Part shown: piece after piece, positions 1 to 15,682 of the stretch
Layout: each line of letters opens with the position of its first letter
How positions within the stretch are numbered: position 1 is the first letter of the stretch
DNA from: the human T2T-CHM13v2.0 reference genome, Homo sapiens
Length of the DNA stretch: 64,000 bases
Direction: 5' to 3' (one strand)
NCBI RefSeq assembly: GCF_009914755.1
Contig: NC_060928.1
The notes under the pieces: model-generated
What the model saw: only the letters and a program-made list of their open reading frames with translations
Databases searched by the model: none
Told to the model about the DNA's origin: nothing
Position numbers and translations under genes: made by a program

Positions 1-612
1 GGAGCTTATGAATCACACTATGCAACGTGCTCATATATGCCAATGCCCGCCACGTTTTACTCAAGTTGGTGTTGATTTGGAGATGGGCCCTGAACATTAA
101 GTAGAATATAGACCATCAGCAGTTACTAAGCTAAATGCATTGTGATAGCTTGGAAGTTTAGTCCACCTATTTGATTCTGTCAACTTGTTGATACAGTAAC
201 CATTGCAATGACAAGTTGACCATTTTGAGAAGTTTATGAACCCCATCAGCTCTCTCCTGAGAGAATAATGTTGAATAAATGAAGAAACCAAACCAAATAT
301 TTGGACAGCATTATCAACAAATAAAAGGTATAACATATGACTTAGCAAATTTTTTAGCTATGTCTTTAAATTTTTGACTGAGGTTAGGTCAAGGGGAGGC
401 ACATTTAATAGGCAACATTTCATAACAAGAATGAAAAATGATGATGATTCAAATCCCAAGTTATTTCCCGATCATTGCACAATTTTGGTAAACCTTTAGG
501 AAGAAAATTTGATTTCATCTACAGATCCTCTTCTAGTGTTCCACTGATTATATTACTATAGGAAATATATGTTCTTTGCCCTTTTCATTTTAGAAATTCT
601 TGTTTTTGTCAT

Positions 613-1380
613 TATTCACTCAACAAACATTTCTCGAGAATCAGGCAAACATAAATTAAAAATGGTTGACATGTTAGAAACACAAACAGGTGCTGAATGA
701 GCAGAGAGGACAGATATCTGATCCATGCTGGCTAAGTGTGTGAGCAGGGGCTTGCTGTGAGATGTGCCATGTGCCCGGAAATGGAGGGCTTCAGGCCGGA
801 GTAAGAAGTGACTGATGGGATGGAGGGGTAGGGAATGATGTTCCAGGAAGAAGCAGCAGCAGTCAGAAAGGCAAGGGTGGTGGAAAAGAACCATGTGTTT
901 GGCAGCTTCATGGCAATGGGGCAGAGGCTGTTGGGAGCTCGCATGTTGACAGATGGTCAAGACTTTGTAATCCATGAGCAAAGCTGGACCTTCTTCTGAG
1001 AATAAAGGGCTATCTTTAAAAAGTTTAAGAAAGTTACTAACATGAGGAAGTGATCCTTTTGGGGTTGATAGGTGTGATGATTGGGTTTCTATGCATGTGT
1101 GTGACATGTGTCTCCCTCAAAGCTTGTTACCACATCCGTACAGCACCCATAGGATGTTGGGGGGGTGGGTGGGGAAGGAAAAACAAGAAGAAAAGGAAAA
1201 AGAGAACATGAGTAGATGTGTGTTTTCGAAAGTCAACTCTGGCAAGTATGTAGAAGTTGGAGGAGGCAGGCCTAGAAACCTATCACAAGGTTATTGCCAT
1301 AATTGGAACAAAAAAATGTGAGTGTGAGTGAAGGCAATGGTGAGAATAGAAGAAACAGGGATGGGTTGGAAAGAGCAACA
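613..1380 (-). mobile_element. L2 LINE fragments (ancient)
   Basis: Begins ATTCACTCAACAAACATTT (reverse complement of the L2 3' end), followed by degenerate purine-rich L2-like sequence; boundaries approximate. Confidence 0.55.
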
Positions 1381-2419
1381 AGCCTACAAATATGTTTTGT
1401 AAGTTTAGCATCTGTAAGAACCTGAAAATGGATGAAGCTTAAAACTTGAGATGAGAGTTAGACATAGATATGAATTCCAGAAAAATCAATATATGACATT
1501 TCTTGCCCATTTACATCTCCAAATATCTTTTCTTTGTAGTGTTCTAATCAAAACATCAGCAAAGGAAATACAAAGCAAAGTAAACAAACAAACATCCTTC
1601 CATCTCCTCATCCACCCTACTTCTCCTCTAAATGATGAACTCATTCTTTTCAAAATATATTAATGGAATAAATTCAACACTTAATGTACATCTGAACCTA
1701 ATTTTGTAAATAAGACATATTTTACAGCACATATCTTTCAATTAAAGTGCCAAATAAGACAATAAAACCTTCGGTTGGCTTTTTATTTCATTGAACAGAT
1801 AAAAATACTTAATTAAATAAAATGCAAAATGATGACCTGTCAGATTGCTCCCTGACTCCAGAAATCATCTTTCATCCATGACTATGTGTGCCAGGGTCAT
1901 ACAACCAAACCTCTCCCTGGGGTGTACCCCAACAGATGGGTACCTGGCCCATGACTTAGTGCTCTCACCTCCTCCCATCAATTTCTACTCCATTCCCCAA
2001 CAATTACATATCCAGGGTAAAATCGGATCAAGGAAAAAGGAGGATTTGTGTCTCCGCAGTTCATGGCCCTGGCATTTATAGCTTTCCCCCTTTCAGTTTT
2101 CTTGAATTCCTTCTCCATCCTCTCCCTACCCCTTATCCAGGAAAAGTGCAACCCGTGCATGTGGTTGGTCTTCAGTGTCCACAGCAATCTCGCTGCCACA
2201 GTAATGGCACTCTTATGGGATCTGTACTATAGTCAGGGAAATCTCACAATCCTCAATGAGTTTAGCAGGGAATGGAAGCCTGTTTCTTCTCATATTTTAA
2301 TTTCCTGGGCTTTGCATTTCTTGATTTTCCTCTAGTTTCAAACTTTGGAGGTGATGTGAGGTCTTTTCTTCCTAGGTTAATTCACTTTTTTTTCTAGCCC
2401 AAACCATCTCCTACAGTAT

Positions 2420-2980
2420 CTTTAGAGGGACAGAACTGCAGAGTCTTAAAGGGCAAAAGTGAGGCAAACCTGGGTTCCAACCCAACCTTCCAATTGCCAG
2501 CTCTGTGGTCTTACACTAGTCTGGCTACAGTTCGGTCATCTCACCTACACAATAGGGATTACAAAATCTCTTTTTTCTTGGGTTTTTTTTTTCTTTTTGA
2601 GATGGAGTTTCGCTCTTGTTGCCCAGGCTGGAGTGCAATGGCGTGGTCTAGCTTACTGCAACCTCCGCCTCCTGGGCTCAAGTGATTCTCCTGTCTCAGC
2701 CTTCCAAGTAGCTGGAATTACAGGTGCATGTCACCACACCCAGGTAATTTTTGTATTTTTAGCAGAGACGAGGTTTCACCAAGTTGGCCAGGCTGGTCTC
2801 GAACTCCTGACCTCAGGTGATCTGCCTGCCTCAGCCTCTCAAAGTGCTGGGATTACAGGCGTGAGCCACTACGCCCCGCCCTCTTGAGATTTTTTAAAGG
2901 AAGTTCAAATGAGTCAATTCATGTAATGTGCTTAGCATGGAACCCGGCACTAAGGAAGTGCTAATCAAATATATTATGAA
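2420..2980 (+). mobile_element. MIR interrupted by Alu
   Basis: MIR-like CCTGGGTTCCAACCC...CATCTCACCTACACAATAGGG before the Alu and ATGAGTCAATTCATGTAATGTGCTTAGCATGGAACCCGGCAC after it. Confidence 0.65.
2571..2880 (-). mobile_element. AluS (Sq/Sx-like)
   Basis: Poly-T then GAGATGGAGTTTCGCTCTTGTTGCCCAGG...GGGATTACAGGCGTGAGCCAC. Confidence 0.95.
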
Positions 2981-3462
2981 TTCTTAAAGAGGCCGGTTCT
3001 TTTTTTAATGTATTTTTGTTGTTGTTGTTGTTTTCCATCTAGGCTACTCTGGCTCGTTTCTGTAGGAAGTGAAGCCCATTCTTAGTGCATCCTAGACTCT
3101 TCCTTCAGGAATCCTCTGATGCAGCTTCTCTCTGTTCTTAGTTTCCTATCAGGCCATCTAGCTTACCTGAATCTCTCCAATCTGCAGCAGACCATCCTGG
3201 TTTAAGCTTGGTTTACCTTGTTTTTATTTATTTGTTTACATAGCATCTTTTCAGGCATTTCTGGGCTTTGTTATAATTCCCTTCCTAAAATATTGGCCAT
3301 CTCAGGAAACAGTTTCACCTCCCCTAATATACATTAGCCCTCCCAATTTTCTTCTATCCATCTATCTTTCTGTTCATTCATCCATTCAAGCTATGATAAT
3401 CACTGGTTTCCACACTCCAGTAGTTCATAAATGTAATGGGGAAGACAGTACATTGTGATTAG

Positions 3463-3790
<328 letters not shown>

Positions 3791-3864
3791 TGAATTTCAA
3801 AATATTAAATTGTTATTTTTTTCTTTTGTACTTCATTTTAATTAAAAACATTACATTTCTTTTT

Positions 3865-4510
3865 CTCGTAAGGTGAAAGGTGATCAATATTAAATTAGAT
3901 AAAATGTTTAAAACACCTAAAAGAGCTCCTGGCACATAGAAAGGATTATCAAATGTTTGAAGAGTTATTAAAAGGTATAAAGAATTATCACCGAGAAGAA
4001 ACAGGTGCTCTTTATCTATGTGTTCAATGATGCACAAGAAATTTCCAGGAAACAGGAGGGGGGTTGGGGAGAGATGCTGTATTCCATACTGAGGAAACAG
4101 CACATATAATGGCAAACATTGAGGAATGCAGACTAAACCACATGTGATGTTTGAGAACTCCAAGTACGGCTAGAGAATAAAATTGCAGGAGGAAGCAGTG
4201 GGCTGGGAGGAGCAGGAGGCTGCTATGGTAGGCAGGTGTCAGAGAATGAAAGTCTCTTTGGTGGTACACCCAGTATTGAATCTGGACTGGACCCGAGCAG
4301 AAATAATTGTTTCCAACTTTGTCAGTGTCTACTCCGAAACAGATGGCATCTTAGATACCTGACATTCATTATCCTATTTAAACCTCAAGTAAAATGCAAC
4401 ATAGATAGATATCATCCCACTTCATTCACATAAAAATCAAGTCATCAACTACCAAAATGGTGCAGTCGGGGTTTTAACTAAAGTCCACGTGATTGCAACC
4501 ACACTTTGGA
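3865..4510. mobile_element. MIR and L2 fragments
   Basis: MIR 3' end (CCTGGCACATAGAAAGG), L2-like GAGGAAACAGCACAT segment, then an antisense MIR-like segment; heavily decayed. Confidence 0.45.
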
Positions 4511-4943
4511 AGAGATTAGACTAAGGGGGCGGGGGGCAGAGTGAGGAGTGGCCCTCTGACATGTTTTAAGGGAAGGAATAATGTTAAAAAATTGAATTTT
4601 AACAATCATAACTGTGCAGCAGTGTGGATAATAGATGAAAGAAGGAAGAGTCTTACAAGCAGAAAAGCCCATTAAAACGTAAAGCAGTTGTCTGGTGAGA
4701 GATGCAGGAGTCTAAACAAACACAGTGTGAAATTCAAAGAAAATGCTGAATCTGAGACCTATTTGGGAACTATAACTGACAACAATAGCATCCTCACAAT
4801 GCTCACTGACTTTTCATCATGCGAAACTCAAGTAATCAAGGGTCCAGCAGCTCACCATAATAACTGGATGCCAAGAAGAGGGGAAGAGAAGAACAAAGAG
4901 TTTTTGCTACAACTGGTAACTGATCCTATCAAGAATATTTTGA

Positions 4944-5369
<426 letters not shown>

Positions 5370-6984
5370 TCAGAGAGGCTGTAGTCTAGGGAGAAGATCA
5401 TGGTTTGGCCACAGTTAATGGAAAAAGAGACCAGAGTGGGTTAGAGAACCTCTATATTCTGTGCAGGTTGAGGGTTTGGAGGCAATTTCCAGAAGTTACC
5501 TCATAGAGATTCTTTATTCAAATATTTCCCTAGAATTCAGGTGTGCCTGACGGTGTGGCTCAGGAGTGATGAATGCCCCTTCCAGGACTTCAGCAATGAT
5601 TTTTTAAAATGCATATTTGGAGCCTTAATACAAGACCAGGCTGTGAACAATATTTTAATTTTTAATACACATTTGGACTTGTTGAGAGTCTCTGTTTTAA
5701 TAATGTTGCCCTTTTTTCCTCTAAGAACAGGCTGAATATTCCTTAGAGAGACACTTTGGAAATCGCACTATGGCCTGCACGGTGGATATCTGCTCTTTTG
5801 GGGTTGAGGGAAGGAGCTTGAATGTCTCTAAGAGCAGAATAGGAAGGGAATAGGGTTCCCAGATGGTTCCAGAGGATGCTGAACGTTCACTGAATGAACC
5901 CCTATAAGTATTTCCCCTGTGCTGCTGGTAGGAAAAATACCGATAGAGTTTAAAGCAAGGAAGGATGGATGGAATGTAAGATGGATTGATTCACAGGTCA
6001 GAAACCAGATGCTACTGCAAGTGATCCCTCAATGACATCATACTCAACAAAACAAGACAAATGTTCTTGGTACCCTTCCAGCGCTTCATTGTTTTTCATT
6101 GCCTGCCTTAACAGGATTTAGAATCACACGGTCCCAGCTGTTAACAGGTATGTACCATCACGCTACCACTTCAGGCACATCAGGGAAAACATACACTTGG
6201 CTTCCTTTCTCAGTCCATACAAGCATTTTGAACAGACATGAGAAGAGTTTAAGAAATTGTGGAGGGCGACACAGGACCATGCCTCCCATGTCTGACAAAT
6301 GGCTGTGTTCTCTGATGACTAGCGTGGGATCCATCACCCTGCCTCCTAATCCAGGGCCTTCCTCCAGCCCAGCTCACTGCCCGGGTACTGCTGCCCTGTC
6401 ATCTCTGCCCTTCATCCCTCTTAGAAGCCAATCCCCACTTCCCAGTAGGTGGCAGATACTTCTGGTGTCCTTTGTACCTTTCTCAACAGCCCTCCCTGAC
6501 ATTGCACGTTCAGGATTAGGCTCCTGCACTAATAGATGACAGTAACCTGTTATTTTCTCAGTGTGGATCTGTCAGACTTGCTTGGGCATAAACACAGTTC
6601 CCTGGTATCAGCAGTACCATAAGGTGCCAGGATCCACTGACCTAAGTTTGCTGAGAGATGCTGAACAAAGGTAAATTTTCCTAATTTGCAGATTGTATTG
6701 TGAAGTCAAATTGAGACTATTAATTTGGCCACATTTCCCATCGGGTAACTTAGGCAGCTTGGTAGCTCAGTGTGCATGCATCAGTGAGCTTCTTGGGAAA
6801 TAAATCGGGTTAGTGAGTTGAACAAATACTTATGCAATATTTTCTATGTGACAGGCATTTTGCTAGCCAGGCAATCATAAATTAGAAGCCCAACTCTATT
6901 CTTTTTTTGGAAGAATTCCAATCTGGTAAAGGAAACAAACATCCCCAAAATTGTAAAAAGATGGCAGAATATCAAAAGTGGTAG

Positions 6985-7321
<337 letters not shown>

Positions 7322-7988
7322 TAGTGGCCCTTCACCTCCAGGTGTTTGCATTTCGGTGGGATTAAAGGTGGTACTGAGGCCTGGGCCAGTAGGTAGAGGT
7401 CACCTGAGAACACCGGGCCCTCCCATTGCCCATGCCTGGGCAATACCCTGAGTATTTGGTCCTTGAGTAGCATGGAATCCTCTCTAGATTTAATCACTAC
7501 TAAGCCCTAAAGGTGGGAGTATATGGGATTCATTTCGTCTTTGAGAAAATCAAGGCATGCAGTACAGTTCCCTTGAATAGGGAGAGTCTGGAGGGTTGCA
7601 CAAATCTGAAAATTATTCCTGCTCAGAGGCTGTATCGTTCTTTGTTGAGATCAAAGTCCATCATGTATGCCGACAGCGTTAATTTTGAAGAAAGCCATTC
7701 CTCACATTATCTCCTCACATTTTGCCTCTTCCTGGCAAAAAATAAAAAATGTTGTTCTGTCCCTTAGATTTGATTTATTTTTCCTCTAGTTTATTCCCCT
7801 TCAAACCAATAAACAAATTCTTCCTACAAACAGCATGAGTCACCACTCGTAGCAAACATCCTCACAGGTGGCCGAGAAAAAGAAAATGTGTGTGTGTCAC
7901 ATTCCCATTAAGGTTACAGCCTGAGCTTCGAACTTCATTTTGGCCCACAGCCCACTTGTAGGTCTCTCTGTGGGCATTTATTAAGTTA

Positions 7989-8488
<500 letters not shown>

Positions 8489-9658
8489 TTAAAGTGTACT
8501 TCCCAAGGCTATTTGCATTTGCATAGGCTTCAGAGCATTAAATCCAAGGCAATACTCTCAAAAGGTAGAAGTCTAGATGTCAGCTGAAAGATGAAAGAGA
8601 CTGGCGAGGGTGAGGACAGAGATGAAGACGCTAATAAGGGCCTTTCTGTTGCTGGCTCCGTAGCCAGGCCCCTCTTCTCAGGAGTAATCATGTCAACTCC
8701 ATCATCCCCAGTGAGGTGGGAATCGATTTTATCACACCTTTATAATTACACCCTTCTTATATTTACATGAACTGCTTATAATTATGTGGATTTCTTGCAA
8801 CTCTCATAAGCTGCCCAAGTAGGGCCAATCTCCCCGGTGTGGGCAGGGAGTAGGCGCAGAGCTGGGCTTTCCATCACACCTGTGTGTGTCCAAGGCCAAC
8901 CTTGGTCCATTATCTCATGCCTGGAGGACATCCCGGAGGGAGACGTCCTTTCTTTTGCTTTAATCCATTCCTTAAGTTAACTCATCTCTTGCTGTCCTGA
9001 ATGTTTTATTGATGCTAACTTTATTTTTAAAGATTATAATCTGCCTGTTCTTTTTATTCTTTCTTTACTAGAAATAGATTTTATATATCTCAGGTATAAG
9101 GACACTTCTTATCATCCAAGATACCCTCCTTCTGTATTCTCTTCTGCAAAATAATACCCCCTCTATAGTCCCGTTGCCATTCATCAAGGTTGCTAATGGA
9201 CTCCCTGTGACCATCTGATTAATGGGCTAATACACCTTCTCAAAAGCAATGCCTTTTAAACATAGAAATAAGTAAGACAATAATCTCACATACATTTAAA
9301 AAATCTTATTTTTATCTTACAGTTGATTTTTAAATCTTAAAACTTTGAATTTTAATTTTGTATTATTTTGATAGTGAATTATATTACACATAAATGCTTT
9401 TTAAATATTAGATGTACATTTCCATTTTACTTGCTTATATTTTATAAATAAAATTATGTACATTGTAAATATTTTGAGAAACAAAATCACAAAGTGTATC
9501 AAGCTAGCATAATTGATGTTGTCACAGAGGCGAAGTGTATTTTCACTCACCAGACCATAATTAGTAAATAAATGAATACTGAATGAATAAACGAAGCGTC
9601 TCTTATTGTTTGGCACTCATTATTTTCAAATGTTGGCTATTAAAGATAGATAATGCTA

Positions 9659-9959
9659 GGCTGGGTGCAGTGGCTCACACCTGTAATCCCAGCACTTTGG
9701 GAGGCTGAGGCAGGCGGATCACGAGGTCAGGAGTTCGAGACAAGACTGGTCAACATGGCAAAACCCCAACTCTACTAAAAGTACAAAAATTAGCAGGATG
9801 TGGAGGCAGGTGCCTGTAATCCCAGCTACTCAGGAGGCTGAGGCAGGAGAATTGCTTGAACCAGATAAGTGGCAGTGAGCAGAGACCTTGCCATTGCATT
9901 CCAGCCTGGCCAACATGAGTAAAACTCCATCTCAAAAACAAACAAAGAAACAAAAAAAC
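9659..9959 (+). mobile_element. AluS
   Basis: GGCTGGGTGCAGTGGCTCACACC...(AAAC)n tail. Confidence 0.93.
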
Positions 9960-11995
9960 AGTACCACCGGGCTAGCAATTTAGAAACTATAATCAATGCC
10001 TTAATATGTCCCTTCTTTTAGAAAAATAACTACACAAAGCATCTGCATGACTTATAAGAGCTTCCACAAATATACCATAAAATGTTAGCCCTGATAATTT
10101 GCTGTGACATTTAACATTTCAATGGGCCATGTTTCTTAGAGATCACTAGGAAATGAAGCAGAGCACTCTTTGCATTCATTTCTGCTCCCCGAGAAAACAC
10201 TTTCTCTCCTTCACTCAAGCCACCATTCATAACCCAGTGATGTGTGATGTCACTTGTCCCACAGAGGATAATGAACAACTTCCCGGGAAATATTTCCATA
10301 TGACTAACAATTTAATGTCTTAGACAGAAACTGAATCTTGCCTACTGTATAGAAGAAACAACTGTGTTAGTTCAACTGCATGGTACATGATGAAAGTCCC
10401 TGTTATAGCTATTCCTTCTAACAGATAATTGATGGGGCCAAGAGACAAAAGAAGGAACTCACTCTCAGAAATAAACGCTCCACAAAGCAATCTCATGCCT
10501 CACCTAATGCAATATGTTTCTCATGGGTCTTTTGTTACTCTAACATATTAAATTATCCTTCCAATTACCTTGGCAACTGAAACAAGAGCGCCTAACACGC
10601 TGATGACTTTCGGACGAGCACACCAGCTGTCAGTTATAAATGATAATTAAGGCATCTTAATTATTAAGCACAGTGAAAATATGCAGTGTTCATTTTTTAT
10701 AAAACTTGTGTCCTAAGGTAGAAGAATCCTCATACCAACCAAATGCTCTTTCTCTACCTTTGATCAGCAATTTGGCCTTTTTTCTCTCTGAGGCTGATAA
10801 ATTGCAGCAACCTTTGAGATACTAGACCCTCCACCCCCACCCCAGGTCTTCCCCCAGGTCTCCTTAGTTATAAAGGTAGCAGAATGTGATGGTTGAAAGC
10901 TGCGTTTGTAACCAGCTTACCTTCGCAACAATAGCAAGAGTAACAAAGAATCCATCCTAATAAAAGCTCTGTGCACAGTCAGCTTAAGCAACGTAAAGTG
11001 TTCCTTTATTCTGCTTAGTAGCTTCTCCCCCAGAGGTTAACCATTTTAAAGCTGGCACTCAGCCTGAGAACAGGAACAAAGCATTACTAGAAAGCAGGGA
11101 TCTTCCTCCAGGATCAGCATCTCTGCTTTCCGTAATTCTTAAGAAATATAGAAACTCAATGAAAAGGAAGTGATACCTTTGGATGGGCACATTCCAGCAC
11201 AGGAAAATCGCTGTCTTGTCGGCTGCTGTGCAGAATGAGTTGCTTGGGCAGGTATTCCTCTATTCTCAGCTCCCGGGTCTGCCTTGTAGCCGCAGCCAGC
11301 CTAGGGAGCATTTACGGCATGTACGTGGTGTTCATCCACAATAAAAGGAGACTAACCAGCTCAGCTTGGCGCTGCTCGCCTGGAGGCATCAGATCCTTGG
11401 ACCCTCCCCATCTGATTGGCTGCTACCCGGTCTAGCCGAACTCCTCTGCCTTAACCTTCTGCTGCGTTCAATACATTTTCCCTCGGGATACAGTCAGAGA
11501 AGAGCTGGTTAGGGAATCAGTGGCAGGTTAAATTGAGCTGGCTTTAAAAATCAGTGACATGATTTTCTATGAAGATGTCTAATGTTTAATTTTCCAAAGT
11601 TCTACGTAATCCACAAGGAGAGACGTAATAAAATGGATATGATTTAACAGGAGCGGCTTCATGATTCCTCCCTGAAAATACCTGGAGTTTAATGCATGCC
11701 TAACACCCTACTGAAGTGATCAGGTGGCTTTTTGCAGCACTGCGTGTCTGTATAATCAACCTTAAATCAAAACAGATGGGGATGACAGAATATATTAAGA
11801 GGCTTATTAAAAGTGCCAGGAGATGCAGTTGAATAAGGCTGCTGAAGCCATCTCAAGAAAGTGTTATAAATCATTTACACAAAATGCTCTTAAGACAGTT
11901 ATGGTTGATTTTAGATAGCTCTGATAATAAAAACATAAAGACCAATGACAGACAAAAAGGTAAAGCCTGACTTAGCATCTCTAGAAGACAAGTAA

Positions 11996-12548
<553 letters not shown>

Positions 12549-13379
12549 TGACCACATACATTTAACCCTTTCTCCCTCACAAAGCCCCACTAAAATGACA
12601 ATAAAGCTTTTATTTTAAGAACCATAAACCCACAAGGACAAAGAAATAGGAGAAAACAGCAACCCAATTTAGAAAAAGAAAGCAGATGGGTGAGTGGTAG
12701 CTGGACAGAGAGAGCTGGATCCCAAATGAGCAATGAGGAGAGTCAAGAAGCAGCAGCATTTCCAAGCCAGCAGCCCCAATATGCTCTGGAATTGGCAGAG
12801 ATGAAATTGGGGCTAAAAACAGCAGGTGGCCTGACTGCCCATCATTCACCCTGCAGAACACAGAAGGCTTATTCTCTGGAGAGACTAACAGAGGGCTTCT
12901 GGACTGGCATGGCTGGGAATAAAGGTACCAAACTAAAAATATTGCTGTTAATCAGAAACAGATATAAAAACCCTGGGCCTTCTTTCCCCACTCAACTCCT
13001 GGGAGCCAGGTAGCAAGGTGAATAGGCTCCAGAAAAAAAGATGTGAAGAGCGCTCTTCAGGGATCCCACCATCCCAAAATATAAGACGTAAAGGCATCAC
13101 TACAGGGTACTCTCTAAGATATGGCTGGGCTAGATCTCCCAGAAGTTCAGGCCACATTAATAAGCTCTACACATGAATTTTGGTGCCCCTCTCTTACATG
13201 TAAGCAGATCAGACAAATCTCTAACATCAAAGCATAGAACAAAACAAACAAAAAAGAAACAGGCAAATAACAGACAGACAAGCAAACATGGCAAAAAGTA
13301 AACTGATGGAAACAATGGGTGTGCAGGGAGAAGAACAGTTTAAACACTATCATTAATGGCCTTGTCAAAATAAGAGATG

Positions 13380-15053
<1,674 letters not shown>

Positions 15054-15418
15054 TATTTTTCTATGAAATAAGCAAAAGCAACTGTATGAAAGAAAACTAT
15101 GGAACACAAAAAGCTCTTGGAAAATTCAGAAGAAGAATTGGAAGACAAAGTTGAGGAAATATCCTTGAAAGTTGAGTAAAAGGGCAAAAAATGGAAAACT
15201 GTAAGAAAAACGGTAAGAAAATTGGAGATATAGTCTAGGAATTCAACATCTGGATAACAGGAATTCTAGCAAGAAACAGTTAAGAAAACAAAAGGAAGAA
15301 AACCATAAAAAATAATTTTTAAAAAGTTCTCATGAGTTTCCAGAATAGAAGTATGACGTTAAGACACACAATTGGCTCATGGTCGTGGAATTTCAGCAAA
15401 TTAAAAATAAAGCACTTT

Positions 15419-15682
15419 CTTGGTTTGGTGAGATAGCTCATTCTTATAATTTCAGCATTTTGGGAGGTTAAGGTGGGAGAATTACTTGAGGCCAGGAGTT
15501 TGAGACCAGCCTGGGCAGCATAGCAAGATCCTCATCACTACAAAAAAATGAAAATTAAAAAATTAGCCAGGCATGGTGGGGCATGCTTGTAGTCCCTGCT
15601 ACTTGGGAGGCTGAGCCTAGAAGTTTGAGGCTGCAGTTGGCCTTAAATGAATCAAGACCCTGCCTCTTGAAAAAAAAAAAAA
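15419..15682 (+). mobile_element. AluJ (degenerate)
   Basis: GAGGCCAGGAGTTTGAGACCAGCCTGGGCAGCATAGCAAGA and GAGGCTGCAG J-type diagnostics. Confidence 0.85.

Noticed and set aside
616-1107. 163-aa minus-strand ORF
   Set aside because: It overlaps decayed L2 sequence and has no recognisable domain or splice support
7500-7731. Minus-strand acceptor ttttttgccag|GAAGAGG as a coding exon
   Set aside because: All three frames stop within about 10 codons and no clear donor was found; a non-coding terminal exon cannot be excluded
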